A stretch of DNA of 64,000 nucleotides, taken from assembly GCA_012295275.1 (NCBI GenBank), contig CM022671.1:25296001-25360000 (forward strand), read 5' to 3'. This DNA is from Chrysomallon squamiferum (lineage: Eukaryota; Animalia; Mollusca). Below the pieces are notes generated by a model. It searched no databases, was not told the DNA's origin, and saw only the letters and a program-made list of their open reading frames with translations. Shown piece after piece: positions 59,297 to 64,000 of this stretch. The position numbers and the translations under genes are program-made. How positions within the stretch are numbered: position 1 is the stretch's first letter; each line of letters starts with the position of its first letter.

Positions 59297-59808
59297 ACCC
59301 TGGCATTCAAGCGTCAAATATAAAAATGAGAACGGAAATCAAAGAAAGAAAATTAGATGACTCTCATTTTTAAGTGAGAATGAATGAATTAAATCCTGTT
59401 TAGAAATTTTCGCATAAATAAACCTTAATTACACGTTCATTTGCACGGATATAAATAACCTGTGACTAAAATTCTTTACCAGAAATATCTATTACTCTTA
59501 ACTGGCAGAATATGTAACTAATACATTTAAGGGACATTTTGGTTTTGACATAAAAGAGAGTAAAACAACTTAAAGAAAGCAGTTATTTACCAGTGGGCGT
59601 TCATGTTTTCGTGTACTTAGAAGTTGCATTCGAAAATTTCTGGAAGAGAGCAATTTTTCGATTGTATAGTAAGTCGTACTGGAAGTTCTGCTATGTAGAT
59701 CATCCCATAAGTCTATATGTTGCCTCAAGAAAATGTAATTGCGTGATGTGTGTGAGGGGATTTTTTAAATATATATATATATTTTTTTTTATAACAACAA
59801 CAACAGTA

Positions 59809-59844
<36 letters not shown>

Positions 59845-60002
59845 TATAACAATAATAATAATAATACGATGATGATAATGATTATGATGCTGATAAAAAT
59901 GAGAACAGTATATATATATATTTTTTTTTTGAAATATATATATATAATCAATTTTAATAACGCTATCCATTTGTGAAACAATAAATAAATAAAAATAAAT
60001 AA

Positions 60003-60035
<33 letters not shown>

Positions 60036-61132
60036 TAAGTGGCTCTATCCGCATCAAATTTACAAACGAAACAGATAAACAACAAACAATTTAAAAGAAA
60101 AAAAAAGTTAAAATAATGCACTGAATTACAAGGTTTAATGTATGACTGATAATTATTATCATCACCATCATTTTCTTCTTCTTACATTTTCAACCTTAGG
60201 ATCGAAAAGCAAATAATAGTATAATTAAATTAAATATTTTGAAAAATGAAAATTTCATTGAAGATACAGATATCTCGATATATATTGGTTTCATATTTTT
60301 TTCTGATTTTTTGGTTTATTTTTGGCTTCGTGTTTATTCATTAGTTTTATACGTGTAAGCATATTAATAACAGTAAAATCAATAAAAATGCGATTCAAAT
60401 TTTAAATTTTAATTATAGAATATTGTGCAGTGCTACTAACAAATTGAATTTTTTCATTTCAAACACAAATAAAATACATTTCTGAATGAAAAATATCCCA
60501 TTGATTTTGTTCTTTTTATTCGCATATTAATAAGGTACAAACGAATAGCAACAATAATACAAAAACTAACCAACCAAACAAGAAGTATCGTAGCTTAGTT
60601 TGCTGAAATGAATACGTTAATATTTTAATGTGTGTTTGTGTGTATGTATGTATGTATGTATGTATGTATGTATGTATGCATGTATGTATGTATGAATATT
60701 GCAATATATAATATGTCCTTTAAGATCTAATATCTTTACAGGTAAAGATTTTTATTTATCTATTTTAGATTACCACCTTTACTGTTCAACTATTCTACAC
60801 AACTATACCGATGGTTAAAATAATGCAGCAATTATTGGTTTCTGATTGAAAAAAAATATATCTTTCACATTTATCTTTATATACATAATTTTTTTTTCAC
60901 CTTGAAATTACTTTTAATATGCATTAAAATATTATTTTTTTCCCGCGAAGAAAATATGCGGTCAAAGGCTTGAATGGGCATGTCGGATTCCATACGCGGA
61001 TGAATACAATTACCTTAGTGTGGACTATTTTCTGACATTGGCGGGCGCTAGTGGTTTGTTTGTTCCATTTGTGTATTGATGCAAAAATCGCCTTTAATCT
61101 TGTAATTATTGTAGTCATCTGTCACCTCCGTG

Positions 61133-63908
61133 ATGTCTGACAGGGAGGATCAAGTTTACTACGCCAAGCTTGCTGAGCAGGCTGAAAGATATGATGGTTA
61201 GTATTGTTTAAAACCCGTTTTAAAATGATGGTGTCGTTGCCTGGTTTCTCTCGATGTAAACTCGGATCGAGAAAATCGCTGAAATCGAAGACCTCGTTTA
61301 ACGATGTCAAGGTCTCTGTATGTGGGTTTCTTTTACATTTCATAATGCGAATAACGTTAAAATATTATTCATAAAAATGCCGAATGTGTTCAGTGTTTGA
61401 AAAACTTGTGTCCATGGTTATTGCATAGAAATGGCCGCCATTTGCAATGACTCACTCCTCAAGGGCTTGTCGGAGTCTTGGCACAAATATTTTAAAATTT
61501 TCAACAATTTGTATCCCAAGCGATTAGATATGCTGTTAATAAAGTTTATTCCTGCGTTATGCTATTTTCAAATACATTATTTTCCAGTATAACGGTTATA
61601 TTTTGAACAAGGAAGTGAAAATTGCTATCATAAGTGTGCGTAGGCTTGTCAAAGTCGACTGCGATTGTTTGCATTCACGATATGTACCCTGATGATTCAT
61701 AAGGGATCCACCCAAGCAGCTAGCTGCTGTGATACGTTTCTTTAACATCTTTTGTTTCTTATTATCAAAAATTTGTTCCGTCTATCATCACTTTTTTAAT
61801 AACAAAAGTATCATAGAAATGTATTATTTGATAAATTACAATTTCCTGTACCTATTTTCTTATTGTTCAAGATGAAGAAAAACTATTAACATCTACCTAG
61901 ACTGACTGAAGCAGACATAGAATTTCAATCTACAATGTAAAATAAGCCAAACTGTAGAGTACAGTTTTGGAGCATTAAGTTGCTAAAGACTAGACCACTT
62001 CTTGTAATATTATCTGTTGAAAAGCAGAATTATCAGAAATAATCTAAAAGAAGTCATCCATTCACTTAAGGGAGTCAACTTGATACCTTTTTTTAAAAGA
62101 AAATGTACACATGATACTTGGGTATTGACAGCTAGATTACACTATTTTAGAAAAAAAAAAAAATACATACAAACATCTTGGGTGTATTGAGAAATAATCA
62201 GGTTATGTCAGAATTTACTTCACTGTAACTTGGTAAAATGCATCTATTTCTCACAATAACCAGTTTTTGTGAATATTTTGGATGTCCTCTTTGCAGTTAA
62301 TGTTTTATGTGATGGTCTGTTATCTTTGTGCTTGGCCATTATGGATACACTTATTTTCCATAGAGTGAGGTTTGTGTGCTGGAGTTTTTTTTACATCAAC
62401 AAAAACAATGCAGTGAATTCCCACTATTCGTAGCATAAGTGTTCCCCAATACTGATTTCAGAAATGGTGGCCTCCATGAAGAAAGTGGCAGAGCTCGATG
62501 TTGAACTGAGTGTGGAGGAGAGAAACTTGCTGTCCGTTGCCTATAAAAATGTAATAGGAGCTAGGCGTGCTTCTTGGAGAATTATTAGCAGCATGGAGCA
62601 GAAGGAAGACAGTAAATCAAGTGATAGTAAATTAGAAATGACAAAGAACTACAGGATGGAAGTAAGTATTGTTTGATCATATTTGAAATTGTTAAAGACT
62701 AACATGGTTCAGAATAGCAAATCAAATGTGTAATTTGTTTTGATAAATACTCATTTTGGTTGTGATATACATCCTAAATTTAAAGCGAGAATATAAATTA
62801 ATGAATTTAACTTTAAAAGAGTGTAGTGCACGCCAAAATTGGAGCATAAACATTAAGTGAAAACATACTTTATTCAGTTAAAATTGTTGGCATAATGATT
62901 TTATCGTTTGCTATTGCAGATAGAATCTGAATTGAAAAATATATGCGGAGAAGTCCTGGATGTTTTGGATAAGCACCTGATCCCATCAGCTACAACGGGA
63001 GAATCAAAAGTTTTTTACTATAAAATGTATGTTGACACTATGTAAATGACTTTAAATGAATGTAATATTTCAGTTTCGCAGGCTGAATTTGTATTAACTT
63101 TTGTGGACTGATCTGATTAAAAATTATTTATTTTTATTTTTGTAAATACATTGCATTATATTTGTTATTGGATTTGGTTTACAGTGAAGTCACTATTGGA
63201 TTTTAGAATTTAATGTAATATTTTTCTTTTACAGGAAGGGTGATTACCATCGATACCTGGCTGAATTTGCGACAGGAACTGACAGGAAGGAGGCTGCTGA
63301 AAACAGTTTAGTAGCTTATAAAGCTGCTAGTGACACGGCAATGCATGATTTAGCACCTCCACATCCCATTCGTCTTGGTTTAGCCCTTAATTTCTCAGTA
63401 TTTTACTATGAGATCCTCAACTCACCAGACAGGGCGTGTCGACTAGCAAAGGCAGCATTTGATGATGCTATTGCAGAACTCGATACGTTATCAGAAGAAA
63501 GTTACAAGGATTCTACATTGATAATGCAGTTACTGAGAGACAATTTAACACTTTGGACATCTGACATGCAGGGTGAAGGTAAGTCCTTTTTTTACTTTTT
63601 TTTACTTTTTTTTATTATATATATATATATATTACTGGATGTTACAATATGTTGATATGAAAAAATAAATAATAATTTAAAGTTAACTATTTTTCTAGTT
63701 AAATTTGTAATGTAAATTATTAAATTATTCCCATATCAAAACTTTAATATTTTGAAAATAAGTAGTATTGTTGCCTCTATGCCTTTTTTTTTTTTAAAAG
63801 GTCTATTTCATTTTCAATAAATAAACCTTTTTGGATTTTTCAGAAGGAGATCAGCAAAAGGGAAGCGCTCTTCAGGATGTTGATGGGGAAGAAGATCAAG
63901 GGTCATAA
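61133..63908 (+). CDS. YWHAE: 14-3-3 protein epsilon (259 aa)
   Basis: Exons 61133-61196, 62462-62661, 62920-63026, 63235-63578, 63844-63908 (780 nt). [146 protein letters not shown] (epsilon-type residues). Confidence 0.97.
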
Positions 63909-64000
63909 AAGCCACATGTACTTAGCACAACCTACATTAAAATATTTGTAATTTTCTTATCAAAATACTAAATGTTATGACCTGGCCCTGGAACTGCAGC

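Noticed and set aside
48400-61000. Search for a hidden protein-coding, tRNA or rRNA gene in the 12.6 kb between GGNBP2 and 14-3-3
   Set aside because: No phase-consistent exon chain, cloverleaf or rRNA-like sequence found by eye. The first ~2.5 kb looks like AT-rich 3' UTR and the rest like intergenic DNA with simple repeats.

Overview
AT-rich, microsatellite-rich eukaryotic genomic DNA with GT-AG spliceosomal introns. It is most consistent with an invertebrate, probably a mollusc or other lophotrochozoan (inference). Most ORF-track entries are noise or single exons, so I spliced the genes by hand. Left third (2-17.5 kb): three small, intron-split genes for secreted cysteine-rich proteins with prokineticin/astakine/colipase-type Cys spacing (118, 213 and 182 aa), plus a ~1.4 kb recent duplication suggesting a fourth copy just left of the window. 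They are followed convergently by a two-coding-exon orphan rhodopsin-type peptide GPCR. Middle: a TA-flanked MITE, MRM1 (+, with a decayed transposase-like relic in intron 1), DDX55 (-) and GGNBP2 (+). Right: about 12 kb of 3' UTR/intergenic DNA, then a complete 14-3-3 epsilon gene (+). Most interesting is the cysteine-rich cluster. Three of its four full domains carry a Gly plus tetra/penta-basic site inside the disulfide core, predicting amidated multi-chain products. One gene appears to have turned the 10-Cys colipase-type module into 6-Cys C-C-CC-C-C (knottin-like) modules by losing one symmetric exon.
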